A stretch of 64,000 nucleotides of DNA, from NCBI RefSeq assembly GCF_006345805.1, contig NC_043005.1, forward strand, positions 32,054,001-32,118,000, in the 5' to 3' direction. How positions within the stretch are numbered: position 1 is the first letter of the stretch; every line of letters begins with the position of its first letter. The notes beneath the pieces were generated by a model, which worked only from the letters and a program-made list of their open reading frames with translations, did not search any database and was not told the origin of the DNA. Source of the stretch: Octopus sinensis. Taxonomy: Eukaryota. Shown in pieces: positions 37,341 to 48,849 of the stretch. The translations under genes were made by a program, and so were the position numbers.

Positions 37341-37781
37341 GAGTTTGACCAAATTAGGATGTAATAATAATAGTGCAGATGATGGAACACCACCCTTGAG
37401 ACATTCACCTTAATACAAGATAATCTCTATCCTAATGTTAACATGGGATTTTCTTTTACATAAAAGACATGGTTCTTCAGGACTTGTAAAACAGGCTTGT
37501 AATTTGTTTTGGTTCCTAAGAACTATACATGGTTTTAGTTTGAAATGAAGTTTTTATGATAAACTCCTGTTCATGTAGATTCATCAAAAATAATATTTTA
37601 TCTTGCCTGAGTTCAATTTAGATACTTTTTAGAAAATTACCCCAACTTTTTACATTAGTAATGGTTTGATTTTCAGAATATTAAACATTGCTCATTACAT
37701 GTTAGGTTATTTATTTACTTGTCAAAAAGAAATGCTGAAAGGTATGTTAATGTACCTCATTTTTTTTTTCTCCCCACCCAG

Positions 37782-37862
37782 TCTCTTTCACAGAGCCTTC
37801 AGCAACCCCTGTATACTACTAGCTATGATGAACTGCAAATGATTCAACAAAGAATGCCAATG
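37782..37862 (+). CDS. UBAP2L: UBAP2L exon (SLSQ)SLQQPLYTTSYDELQMIQQRMPM; start may be 37794
   Basis: In-frame acceptors ending at 37781 and 37793, ATG|gtaaat donor; YDELQM matches the family YDDLQMLQ.R motif. Confidence 0.85.
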
Positions 37863-38001
37863 GTAAATATTTTTATGTCCACATCCCTTTTAAATGTAAT
37901 TATGTGAATTACCTTGTTGACATTTCTTATATTTTCCATTCTGTTATACTTGTGTGTGTTTTACCCTCTGTGATTACAAACCAATTTTTCTTATCCTGCA
38001 G

Positions 38002-38095
38002 GCTAGTAACTACTATGACATGGCAACTTTCCCAGTGCCCACCACATTAACCAGCCGGGATCAAGCTACTCTTGGTAGTGTTCCAGGTTACTCTG
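38002..38095 (+). CDS. UBAP2L: UBAP2L exon ASNYYDMATFPVPTTLTSRDQATLGSVPGYS
   Basis: cctgcag acceptor, G|gtaagt donor, phase 0/1. Confidence 0.92.
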
Positions 38096-38439
38096 GTAAG
38101 TAATCTAAGATGCATGTCTTAATGTAACAGAATCACTTTAGGTTATTTAAAGATTCTAGAACAGTAATTCAATAGTTAAGTGATGACCAAAACTGAAAGT
38201 GCAAAACTTGTCTAGTGTTATGTAGTTTGATATATAATTTGAATAGCTAGACTTTTTATAATTGAATAAAATTTGTGTGTGTAAATTGTCATCATTTTAT
38301 GTCTGTTCTTTCCTCACCCTCCCAAGCTTACATTGTTTGAATAGGTTTGGCAGCATTCACCTTCTTTTGATCCTTTATCATCACACACACATTCATAGTT
38401 AGGGATTTAAAAGTGTTCTAATTGAAGGATTTGATGAGA

Positions 38440-38965
38440 AGGAAATATACATATAACATAAAGGTCAACCAGAAGTTCTTACAGAACAACTTACTCAGGG
38501 CTACAGATCAGATCTGTGGCTTGGGCAAAATTCTAGTCAGATCAAAGGTGGTAGGGTGATAAAACATGACGGCAGAGAATTATAATCATGTAGCTATAAG
38601 AGAAGCTAGGGAACATGGCTATTTAGTAAGCAGAAAGGAAAAGGTTTGCCAATGTTCTACAGTGTGAGGAGCAGAGGCATGCATAAGGCGTTCCAGATTA
38701 CAAGACAGTGTATCAGAGAGAATCAAGATGGATAATGCACTTAGTAATTCTAAAAAGAAAGAGGTGTGTAAGTGTTACTATGGAAGGCTACTAAATGTTG
38801 GTAATGCATGGTAAAAGAAGAGTCTTCCTAATATGAACCCAACTGAGCATCCAGCCATTCTTGTTGACAGCAATGTCATAGACAAGGCAATTACAGAAAG
38901 CCCCTGGTACATTAGGAATTACTGCTGAGATACTTTAAAATATCTGGTGGAATGAGATATAGCTG
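38440..38965 (+). mobile_element. RTE LINE EN-RT linker fragment
   Basis: YYGRLLNVGNAW, PAILVDSNVIDKAI, KAPGTLGITAEILK. Confidence 0.75.
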
Positions 38966-38969
38966 GTCA

Positions 38970-39200
38970 CATCATCATCATCATCATCATTCAATGTTCA
39001 CTATCCATGCTGCCATAGGCAGGTTAGTTTGACAGGAAACTGGCACGCTGCAGGGCTGCATTGAGCTCCAGTGTCATCTTTGGCATGGTTTCTGGATACC
39101 CTTACTAACATCAACAACTTACACTGGATGCTTTTTTCATTCCACCAGAGCTAACGTGGTGGCCAAGTATTTTGCAAGACAAAAAAGAACAGTGAAAAGG
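38970..39200 (-). mobile_element. RTE tail
   Basis: (CAT)n, ccatgctgccatag, ctggatgc. Confidence 0.7.
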
Positions 39201-39520
39201 GGAAAAAACTGCTACTGCTAAGAAGAAGTATTGGAGGGTAAGGTGGAGGTGGGTGACTGTGATGTGTTGGAATGTTAAAATATTATAGAGGGACAGGCAC
39301 AGGTGTCTTGCTATAAAGGAGATACATGGCTGAAAGAAATAAGATGAAGATAGCATTGGGGTGCTAGAGCAGACTCAAGGAACAAGACGGTGAGCATAAG
39401 AGAGGATACAGACAGTGGGGGTGTTTAGTATTTATTGTTTTATTACCTCGTGGCCAGATGTTACAAATGTTGTCTTTCTGTAATAATGCTTATATCAAGT
39501 ACATTCCTCTCTCTCTCTAG

Positions 39521-39690
39521 CTACTGACAACAAATTGAGCCGAGTTGAAGCACAATCTCCAATTCCAACAACACAGCAACAATCAAGTCAGTCAGCTCAC
39601 CAGCAACCCTATATAAATCTTCATTACCCTTACTACTATCCTTCCATGTTGCCAGGAGCTGCAGGGTTTCAATATCACACAATGTTTGCA
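39521..39690 (+). CDS. UBAP2L: UBAP2L exon (A)TDNKLSRVEAQSP...HYPYYYPSMLPGAAGFQYHTMFA
   Basis: ctctctag acceptor, GCA|gtaagt donor, phase 1/0. Confidence 0.92.
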
Positions 39691-40459
39691 GTAAGTGCTA
39701 TTATTACTTTCCTTATTACATCTCCACTCAACAACATTGCTTACAGATTTAAGATGTTCAGTGAGTAAGTAACCAAATAAGGTCATATATTTCAGGTTCC
39801 TAATATCTGTTAGCATTTAAACTTTTCAATCAGGTGTTACTTTTTGTTAATTGTTCTCAGTTTTATAACTACCTTCTAACATTTCAGCTTCTGGGTTTTG
39901 TTAGGGCTTTTTAAAAATTATTTATTAAACTGTATATAATGTAGAAATATCATTATTTCTAATTCTCTCTAAAGGAGACTATGGCAGCAGTATTGGATAT
40001 TAATAGTTATAACCAAGCTAACATGGCAGTCCGGAAAATATATAATGTATTTTTACTTAAAATTTCAATGATTTATTCTCAATTGGAAAAGTTCTTAGTC
40101 TTGTTCAACACTCATAAGTTGTATTTGCTACGTCACTGTTCAATTTACATAAGTTGGTTGTCAGTCATAAGATTTACTGTTATTTTATGGATAGGGGACA
40201 AAATGCTGGTATTAGAATAAAATTGCACCCAGTTAATTTAGTATCAATCAGTATTTTAACAGTTGTAAGGACATCGTGTGGTAGCATTAGGTTGTAATAA
40301 CATTGAATTGCTGCTGTTTACATATTCTGTATTACATCATTGATTATAACTCACTTGTGATTGCTTATTGAAAATCAATTAATTTACGTATTGCACCTCA
40401 TTTCCTTTTATATGTGTGTAGTGTCAAGTCTCAATAAAAGTACATGTTTATCATTTCAG

Positions 40460-40556
40460 ATGCCACCTGTAACAAACACTGCCCATGGTGGAAATACTGG
40501 TACTGCACAGTATCAAAAGAATTATGGATCTCATGCATACAATACTGGTGGTAAAA
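40460..40556 (+). CDS. UBAP2L: UBAP2L exon MPPVTNTAHGGNTGTAQYQKNYGSHAYNTGGK; end may be 40550
   Basis: atttcag acceptor, tandem phase-1 donors at 40551 and 40557; YGSHAYNTG matches family. Confidence 0.88.
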
Positions 40557-41162
40557 GTAAGATAATTCAACATTTTACAGCACCTACTCTGAATTTCTTT
40601 TTAAGAAACTTGGATAATATTAGATCAGTGGATTCTCATGCCGCAAACTCTAAAAATTGTTCTAAGAACCAATGAAGTACTGGAGTCAATGTAACTGACT
40701 TCCCCTTTCTCTCAAAACTGCTGGCCTTATGTCAAAGTTATATATTGTTACTGATGAAACCATGATGGTGTTAATTAGTGTAATCTTCAAAATTAAGAGT
40801 AGATATAACAGAGAACTTAAAAAGTGTATACCTGATACACAAGAACTTTACCCATTGTTCCCCACCTCTCAAACTTCATGGTTATGCTCAGGATAACATG
40901 ATCAGAGGTTGTATCTACTGTCCAAGTTGATAGGTAATGAAAGGTTTAAATCACTATATTATTTGTATTTTGTGAAGTGGTGTCACATTAGACCTGAGAC
41001 AAACAATAAAAATGGTTTCCTAACCCTTTTTTGCTCATTTTCCCTTATGAAATGTACAGGTCAGCTAAATTAATCTCTTCCAAAACATATCCAGATGTGC
41101 AAAAAAGTTTCAGTTAAAAATAAATTTTAAAATTCAGTCATACATACATTTTTTAATAGTGA

Positions 41163-41345
41163 CATGTTCATCATCATTATTTAACATCCATTTTCCCTGC
41201 TGGCATGGATTGGACAGTTTGATCAGAGCTGGTATGGTCAGGGGCCACACCAGGTTCCATTATCTGTCTGTTCTGGAATGGTTTCTTCAGTTGGCTGTCC
41301 TTCCTAATGCCAGCCATTTAAAGTGTACTGGGTGCTTTTGCTGTA
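41163..41345 (-). mobile_element. RTE tail
   Basis: catcatcattatttaacatcc..ctggcatgg..ttcctaatgcc. Confidence 0.72.
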
Positions 41346-41472
41346 GTATCAGTATTCTAAAGAAAAGATTAAAATTTTCTCCTTTTCAGAGATCCTTAAT
41401 TGCTTAAAACCAATGTAAACAATAGTACATTATTTAAATTAACATATTTCTCTGTTGAATACTTTCTTACAG

Positions 41473-41546
41473 CAAGTGGTGTTGGTTCAGGAGCTGCATC
41501 AACTGCTGACATCCCAGGTTCTGGTTACGGAAAATCTCATGGACCA
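41473..41546 (+). CDS. UBAP2L: UBAP2L exon SGVGSGAASTADIPGSGYGKSHGP
   Basis: ttcttacag acceptor, CCA|gtaagt donor, phase 1/0. Confidence 0.9.
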
Positions 41547-41799
41547 GTAAGTTTTAGATATTTTTGTATCATTTGTTTTTTAATATAGTTAGGTTCTTTC
41601 TTCCTACTATTTTGTTTTTAAGAAAAGGCTTTTTTACTTTTTATTTTTTCTAATTTTAAAATTTTCTTTTTTTTTTTTTTTTACATTTTAAATTATTAAC
41701 TTTATCACTGTCCAAGGTATCATTATCTCTTGGTGTTAATTACTAAAGTTATCAGCTAATGCTTTGCAATCCTTAGGTTTTTTTTATATATGAATCAAC

Positions 41800-43669
41800 A
41801 TTGGCATAATTATCTCTTCAAATGATTTGTCTGAGTTAGGCCTGGAGAAAGGGGCTGTGCCTGACCTTCACAGAAAATGGTAGAATTTTATGGAGGAAGG
41901 ACTAACAGTGGTTTGAAAAGTTGGGGAAGGTGAACACTGGGTGATAAATGGAGACTTGAATGAACCAGCTCCATGATATAGAGCCCATGTAGTTAGTCTT
42001 GGACAAGGTAAAACAGCATGCCAAGAGCCTAGAACTTGAGATATGTTAATAACTTAATGCTAACTTGTCAAGTGAACATGTGATTTTAGCTATGTAGGTG
42101 TGTGACAATAACAGTTTCATCCCAGATTTGGCAGCATTATTGCATTGTAGAGAAGTTGATAGTCACTGGGGGCTGAGGTATTTTTTTGGACATGCACAGG
42201 AACAACAGTATTTGCTAAATTGAAGTGTCAGTGAGGCCTTGTAGAAGTTATAGTTGCATGCCATTTTTATTTGGGAAGAGTGGTGGTACATTTTGTTGGT
42301 ATGGGGGTTTTTTTGATGAGGGTGATGGCTTGACATGGTTCCAGTGGAGGATGTTTTTGGGGTGTGTGTTTATAGTGTAAAATGTTTAAGCTACATGTGT
42401 GTGGTGTTTGGGTGTGCAAAGCCGGAGAGCAAAGAATGTGTTGGAATGAGTGTTGTTGGGGGAGGAGACAAGCCTGGCCCCTGATGCACACCTAAGTTGA
42501 TAGTGTGGGTCTGTTAGGATATGCAACAATATGGGAAGCAAGAGAAGAATGGAAACCATAGGTGGACAGTTTTGACAGGAGATTCTTTGTCAGACGCTCT
42601 GTTGATGTTGAGGGCAATACTTCCATGAAATACGTGTGCGATGAGAGCATGCTAATGAATGACCTAAGCAGGGAGAGTTTTGAGGTGTTGGTGACGGTCA
42701 GTTCCAATGACTCTCCATTGGCTTTGATTACTGTAGGATCGTGGGAATGGAACATTGTAACAGACTTCCAACGATTGAGATGTCTCTGTATAGAAAGACT
42801 AAAGAGCTTGAGGAGGAATGGAGCTTGCTCTGAAACTGAATAAACTGTGTCAAGGCTAGTAGACTTATTGGTTTGAAGTGATCTGAAATACTTTGCTAGT
42901 GGGTGTGATGTATGCATGGTAGTGGTGAGTTTGAATGAAAAGAGATAGTTTGGAGATTTACTGTGGAACAAATCTGAGGGTTTTCTCTACATGAGTATTG
43001 CTTAGAATCATTATGGTTGAGAAGTGAAGGAATGGAAGATTTCAGAGACCAAATGGTTCAGTTGCATTTGGAACTTAGGAGGGACTTGAGGGTTATGCAT
43101 GGCATACAGAGATAGTTAGTGCTCCAGAAGTTGTAGCACTAGACAAATGCTATCCTGTTTGTTGGTGTGGGTGACTTGCTGTAATGAGGGGACTCTGGGA
43201 GTACAAGTTTTTATTGTTTAGGATATGAAAGGGACATGCTTAAGAGGATGGGTCATGGCTGAAGTACATGTACTGCTCTTGATAAGTAGTGAATTGCAAC
43301 CAATCAGCTAGTTTATAGGGTCCAGGAAATGATGTAATATGGGGGTGGGTAATGACAATGAAGCAGTGATCGGACAGTACATTAGATACGGACATGGCCT
43401 AGCATATGTTGAGTTTGGATAGGAAAAAGAGATGATGGGTGTTTGGAGCATCTGTATGTAGAGAGTTGTGAAAGATAATGGAGAGGCACCAGCTTTGAGG
43501 GCAGAGTTTAAATCTAGGCTGTTGGCTGAGCCCCAGCAGACACCAGTCTCTAGAGGGAATGGTTACAGATAAATGCCAGACGATGATAAAGTGTAAAGTA
43601 AAGGATATAAGGAGTTATGTTTGGAGAAGTTCATGAGTATGAATAGGAGAACTGTCCGACATTTAGGGG
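41800..43669 (-). mobile_element. Old L2/CR1/Jockey-group LINE (APE + RT remnants)
   Basis: SDHCFIV endonuclease motif, LLSKLSTYGFHSSL, GVHQGPGLSP. Confidence 0.7.
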
Positions 43670-44060
43670 AATTTAGATACCGTTAGTACAAATAAGCCAG
43701 CTTGGTCTAAATAGTTGCAGAGAAGTGAAAGATTCCCTCCCTCTCCTATACAAAATTACTCTATCATCATCATCATCATTGTTTAACGTCTGCTTTCCAT
43801 GCTAGCATGGGTTGGGCGTTTTGACTGAGGTCTGTCGAACCAGATGGCTGCACCAGACTCCTGCCAGATCAGATTGGAGTCTGGTGCAGCCATCTGGTTT
43901 GCCAGACCTCAGTAAATCGTCCAACCCATGCTAGCATGGAAAGCAGACATTAAACGATGATGATGATAGAGTAATTTTGTATAGGAGAGGGAGGGAATCT
44001 TTCACTTCTCTGCAACTATTTAGACCAAGCTGGCTTATTTGTACTAACAGTATCTAAATT
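43670..44060. repeat. ~190-bp-arm inverted duplication with 14-nt spacer
   Basis: 43670-43861 is the reverse complement of 43876-44060. Confidence 0.95.
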
Positions 44061-44697
44061 TCCGGCAACTCAGAATTGAACAAAATTGTAGTCTTTTTTT
44101 TTTAGATGTAACTACCAGTTGTCTTCTGTCAACATTTAATGACTAAAAACAACTTTTTTTATATATACCTTTTCACAGAAAAAAAAACAGCAACTACACT
44201 GAAATGTCTAAATATAATTTAGTATTTTAATTTGCTTGTTTGTTTGTTTTTGGTTTTTTTTTTTATATTCTGTAATATTTACATATTTCTCTGTATTTTT
44301 TTTTTTTTTTCTCATAGTCTTCCAAGTTGACATGACATGGGCTAGTGTCTCTCTTAATTTAAATTTGTACCTAAAAGTATATTTTGGTATCCGTGGCAAC
44401 AAGGACAGCATGCTCTAAAACAGGAAAGATTTCTCATCTATCGTATTTAAGTTTTAGCGGAACGACAGCACATTGGCTGGATGAAACTCAGTAAGCCAGA
44501 TGATGGCTACTACACCAATGATTAAATAAACTTTAATACTTTCTCTCAAAATAATTTCAGTTTTAATTTAGAAAATCTTTTAGGGTGGATTCTAAACCAT
44601 ATTTCAGTTTAATTATTGAAAGAAAAAAAAATATTTATCCAATTTTTCTTTTCTTTTCTTTTTCTTTCTTTTTCTTTCTTTTTTTTTATACTTTTAG

Positions 44698-44871
44698 GCT
44701 TTTGAAAAACAAGGCTTTCATACGGGGACTCCCCCCCCGTTCAGCCTGCCGCTAGCTACAGGAACCCAGGCAGGTCCAATGGGTGCTCCCACCACTCCAT
44801 ATGGGACTCCATTTGTACCCCTTGTGACCCATCAGCCTCATTCCCAGATGCTGCACCACCCCCTGCAACAG
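44698..44871 (+). CDS. UBAP2L: UBAP2L exon AFEKQGFHTGTPPPFSLP...HQPHSQMLHHPLQQ
   Basis: Very long pyrimidine tract + TAG, CAG|gtcagt donor; strongly conserved family motifs. Confidence 0.95.
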
Positions 44872-46995
44872 GTCAGTTGCATGAAGTAATGTGCAATTCT
44901 GTGCTGCAAGCAGCCTAGTCTCCACTTGCAGTTGTTTGTTACTAATGCTTAGGGTGAGCTGTAGAGAAGTGTTACATAGCCTGCAGACGTTGAAGTGGTT
45001 TGTCTGTTTAACTCTCTTCTACTAAACTTAATAAGCCTTGCTGCTCTAGTAAGCTACCTTACTGTGTATTTGTGTGTATGAATGGCATCGTATGGTCATG
45101 GAGATTAATGAATTCTGTTGGGAAGTTTATGATGGCACTTTAGTCCGATCACTGGTATTTGCCACCATATAAGCTTGCTTTTTAGCATTTCCTCCTAACA
45201 CTTGCTTTAACTCCAGTATTTTTTAACATTTTCCACCTTTCGTTTTGCAATAATTTTTTTTTAATTTATTCCTTAAGTGTATATTATTTTGAAGATGATG
45301 ATGGTGGTGGTGGTGGTAGACCAGTGAAAAGGATTTTTAGATGTAATTATGACTTGAAAAAAAAAAAGATCTTTTAAGATTTAGTACTTAAGTCTCTTCA
45401 TGAGTCTTATTTATTGGTCATGAGATGAAACCTGGTAGAAATCAGTAAGTATTATGTTGTATATTATAGTGGAGGTATTAACAGCTTAGACTGGATGGCT
45501 GTGGTTTTACAGCTTATATTGGACAGCTGTGATGTTCTTTATATCTGAGTTTTGGTTGTGTTTCGCCATTAATAGCCTTTTGTGTCATGGCTTATTTATG
45601 ATATGGAATCCTGCTTTACAACCCTCCATATGACTAGCTTCATCTGTAATAGTTAATGATAATGGATGTGGTGCTTAATGATGATACTATTAATAATAAC
45701 AACAACAATAATAATAATGATGATATGAAGAAAGGCAAGTAAAACCAATCACTCCCAAAGTATCAATATCGATTGGCTCTACCCAAGTAATAAAAAACTA
45801 AAACAACTGTGGTGGGTGGTGCTGTTGCAGATAACTCTGGTGGCTGCATTTTTATTTTAGTCATTGCATTGTGACTAAAGATTGATGAGCAAAAATAACT
45901 TAAATATAGTGACCTTGATTTTATCCAGTGTCACATGGTTTTATTATTAAAATGTTCCCCAGTTCTTTTCTTGTTTTTTTTCTTTTTTCTATTTTTTTTA
46001 ACAATCTTAATTTTTTTTTTTCTATTTTATTTCATTTTTTTCCCATTTTTTGTTGTTGCTTTAGGTCTTTATTATAAATATTTGCTTCGCCATATTTTCC
46101 AGTATTAAAATTAGCTCCATCAATATTTCATCCACCCACCCTAGTTACAAATTGAAATACATTTAAAATTTTATTTAAATGTACCTGAAAATAGTTTGTC
46201 GTTCCAATTTACTTAATTGGCTGAAGAATACTAATTTTACAGCAAAGTTCTTAAAAGCTCATATGTTTGGCAATTCCTTGAAACTTGATTTGCAAGTTTT
46301 AGTGTCTAAACTAGTTGTAGTCTTCTAAGTATTAGTATATCACCAGTTTAGTTTTAAAACCTTTTAGAAATTTAAATCTTTTAAAATGCCACTGTCATTA
46401 GTTGCTTTTACATCCTGTTTTTAAGTAATATTTTTACCTGCCCAGCTTTTTCATGTTCTAATCAGACAAAAAGCATTCCCTTTTTAATTTGTAATGGTTA
46501 GAAATTTAAATTATCAGCTACTTTAGTTTCACATTGTATTATTACTTAAAACTAATAATAATAATTAATAGTAATTCCAAATTATTAATCATCTGCCTCT
46601 TCCTTCTTGTCTCTAATCCTCCTACATCCTTGCAATGCCTCAACATGAGTCCTTCGTTTTTCTTTCACTCATTTTTATTTTTTCACTTTTATTGCACACA
46701 GTAACCAAGTTTATTATTATTGTTGTTGTTGTTAACTATAGTGGTTAATATTTTCTTGCTTTCATGTTTCGGTTTTAGTATGTTGGTTATGAAATTGCTT
46801 GTGTGTGCGTGTGCATGCGCGAGAGAAAGAGAGAGAGAGAGAGAGAGATTGCTGCTATTTCTCTGTTGTATGTATGTATGTATTACACATGTATATAACA
46901 TGCTTCTTGTTGACATATAGTGTATATGAACTTGTTTGTGTTAATACATCACTGCTTCTATTTATGGGAAATAAACTTCTCTCTTTTCTTTTCAG

Positions 46996-47097
46996 GATTC
47001 CAGTGGTGGCTCAAGCCGTGGTGCGCAGCAGGCTAGCACACAGCCAAAATCTGGAGGTTCTAAAAATTATGCACCCACCTATTGGAGTGCATCCTAA
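46996..47097 (+). CDS. UBAP2L: UBAP2L terminal coding exon DSSGGSSRGAQQASTQPKSGGSKNYAPTYWSAS*
   Basis: ttttcag acceptor, TAA at 47095-47097; C-terminal YW as in vertebrate UBAP2. Confidence 0.92.
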   Translation, partial: DSSGGSSRGAQQASTQPKSGGSKNYAPTYWSAS

Positions 47098-47404
47098 GTT
47101 TACCTCACTTGTGTGAATCCCACTTGCAGGGGTGTGACCTCTTCCAAAAGGTTGCTATGGTGACCACCTTTTTCTCTCTTTCTCTCTTTCTGGGTTTGCT
47201 GCCATTTGTCAGCTTGTTTGGTGGGCTCCCCTCCTCTTACCAAGACCTCTCTGCCTGTGTGAAAATTCCTACCATAGGGTTGGCTACACCTCTCAGCAAT
47301 ATGTTGATGTAGCAATACCACCTACCATTAACTAGTTTCATAGTCTTTTAGCAGCTCTGTGTACAGTTTTGGCTATTCCTTTTGTTTATGTATGTATGTA
47401 TATA

Positions 47405-47437
<33 letters not shown>

Positions 47438-47472
47438 TTGTGTGTGTATGTGTATTTATATATATATATATG

Positions 47473-47516
<44 letters not shown>

Positions 47517-47753
47517 GTGTGTGTATGTATGTATACACATACACAAATTATGTATTGTAAACTTTTGTGCCAGGCTTCCTGGCACAAAGACTTCAAACAA
47601 CTTTTTGCCAGATAGGAACAGTGGCATGTGATATTGTGCCTTAATTGGAATAACTTGTCTCGCACCAAAATGGCAGTCTTTGCCATTAGAAAAAAATCCA
47701 TTACAATGAGCATTACCCATATATGTATGTGTGTGTGTATGTATGTATGTATG

Positions 47754-47785
<32 letters not shown>

Positions 47786-48700
47786 ACTGTATATATACAC
47801 GCGTGTATGTATATATGTATGACTGACGTGTGTATATATGCGTGTGTGTATATACATTCATATATATACATATACACATACACACAGTGGGTTGTATATG
47901 TGTCTGCCAGTATCCTTCAGTAAGTGTATACATGTCTACCAGAATTGTAGATACAAAAAGATATACTTGTAAATTTGTTTCCCTTTTTATTTTGATTTGA
48001 TTTTAATTCTCCTGCAGTGCTGAGTTGTGTGTGTTTCTGTGGATTTACATTTAAATGTCTTATTTTGGTGTATAGTACATCTATTTATACACCAGTTTGT
48101 GTGTGTGTATTATATACACACATACCAATGACTCTTCAGCTTTAAATGTTATTTTTGTTTTTGTTTAAACATAAACCATTTGCATGTTCGTGTTAAAAAA
48201 ATTAACACATGTACATGCTTCCAAACACATTACACACACACACACGTACACGTGCGCACACACAGTCACATAGTCTAGTGCTCCCTGCCCCTCCAAAAAT
48301 ACACCTGGTGAGCTCATCAGTAAAATTAAAAATATGTTGCGTTTACTGCAGCTATGATCAGATGAATTTCTGTAAATTTCTAGGGTCATGTGAGAATATA
48401 TATATATCCACTAAGCAGGAGTTGCTGTTAAATATCCTGACCGTTGCCGGCTAAATATTTTGTGTGCATGTGATGGTTATGTTAGTCGATTCACCTTGGT
48501 GTTTTTAGGCATGGTGAATCTGTCTCCCTCTTTCTCTCCTCTTCCATCCCCAACCTTTCCTATTTCTTTCTATATATTATACAAAACATTGTACAAAAAA
48601 AAATTATAAAGAAAAGTGGAAAAATTTAACTGAAAAGGAAAGAAAAGACCAAAAAAAACATGGGGGGAAATATAAATAAAACGAAAAAAAATTGCAAAAT
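47098..48700 (+). other. UBAP2L: Probable UBAP2L 3'UTR (~1.6 kb, microsatellite-rich)
   Basis: No recognisable TE until ~48850; ends at AATAAA plus a GU/U-rich element. Confidence 0.55.
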
Positions 48701-48730
48701 GATCAAAGTTGTTGGTTTTTTTTGTGGGGG
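48675..48730 (+). terminator. Candidate polyadenylation signal with downstream GU/U-rich element
   Basis: AATAAA at 48675-48680; gttgttggtttttttttgtgggg at 48708-48730. Confidence 0.55.
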
Positions 48731-48849
48731 CAGGGTCTTCCCTTCCCATCTCCCTCTATCCACACACTACTTACTGGTACTAATTTCCTAGACTATTGTT
48801 GCATTCATACTTTTTATACTCAAATAAGTACATGAACAACAGAACATAA

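Larger units (their letters stand above)
1449..47097 (+). other. UBAP2L: UBAP2/UBAP2L (lingerer) orthologue, 5'-partial; join(1449-1570,23797-23905,27236-27490,30630-30784,30889-31099,31188-31299,31610-32241,33939-34092,36346-36434,37782-37862,38002-38095,39521-39690,40460-40556,41473-41546,44698-44871,46996-47097)
   Basis: All junctions are GT-AG and phases chain into one open frame (2631 nt, 876 aa + stop). Family motifs recognised from memory: LAESKVFIAS..RLDLGALLQK, KLPPPSKIPTSAVEMP..LDVQFG (DUF3697), GKAPPNLPPGVP, YYDM, FEKQGFHTGTPPPFSLP, HQPHSQMLHH, C-terminal YW. A single invertebrate orthologue of UBAP2/UBAP2L is assumed. Confidence 0.93.
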
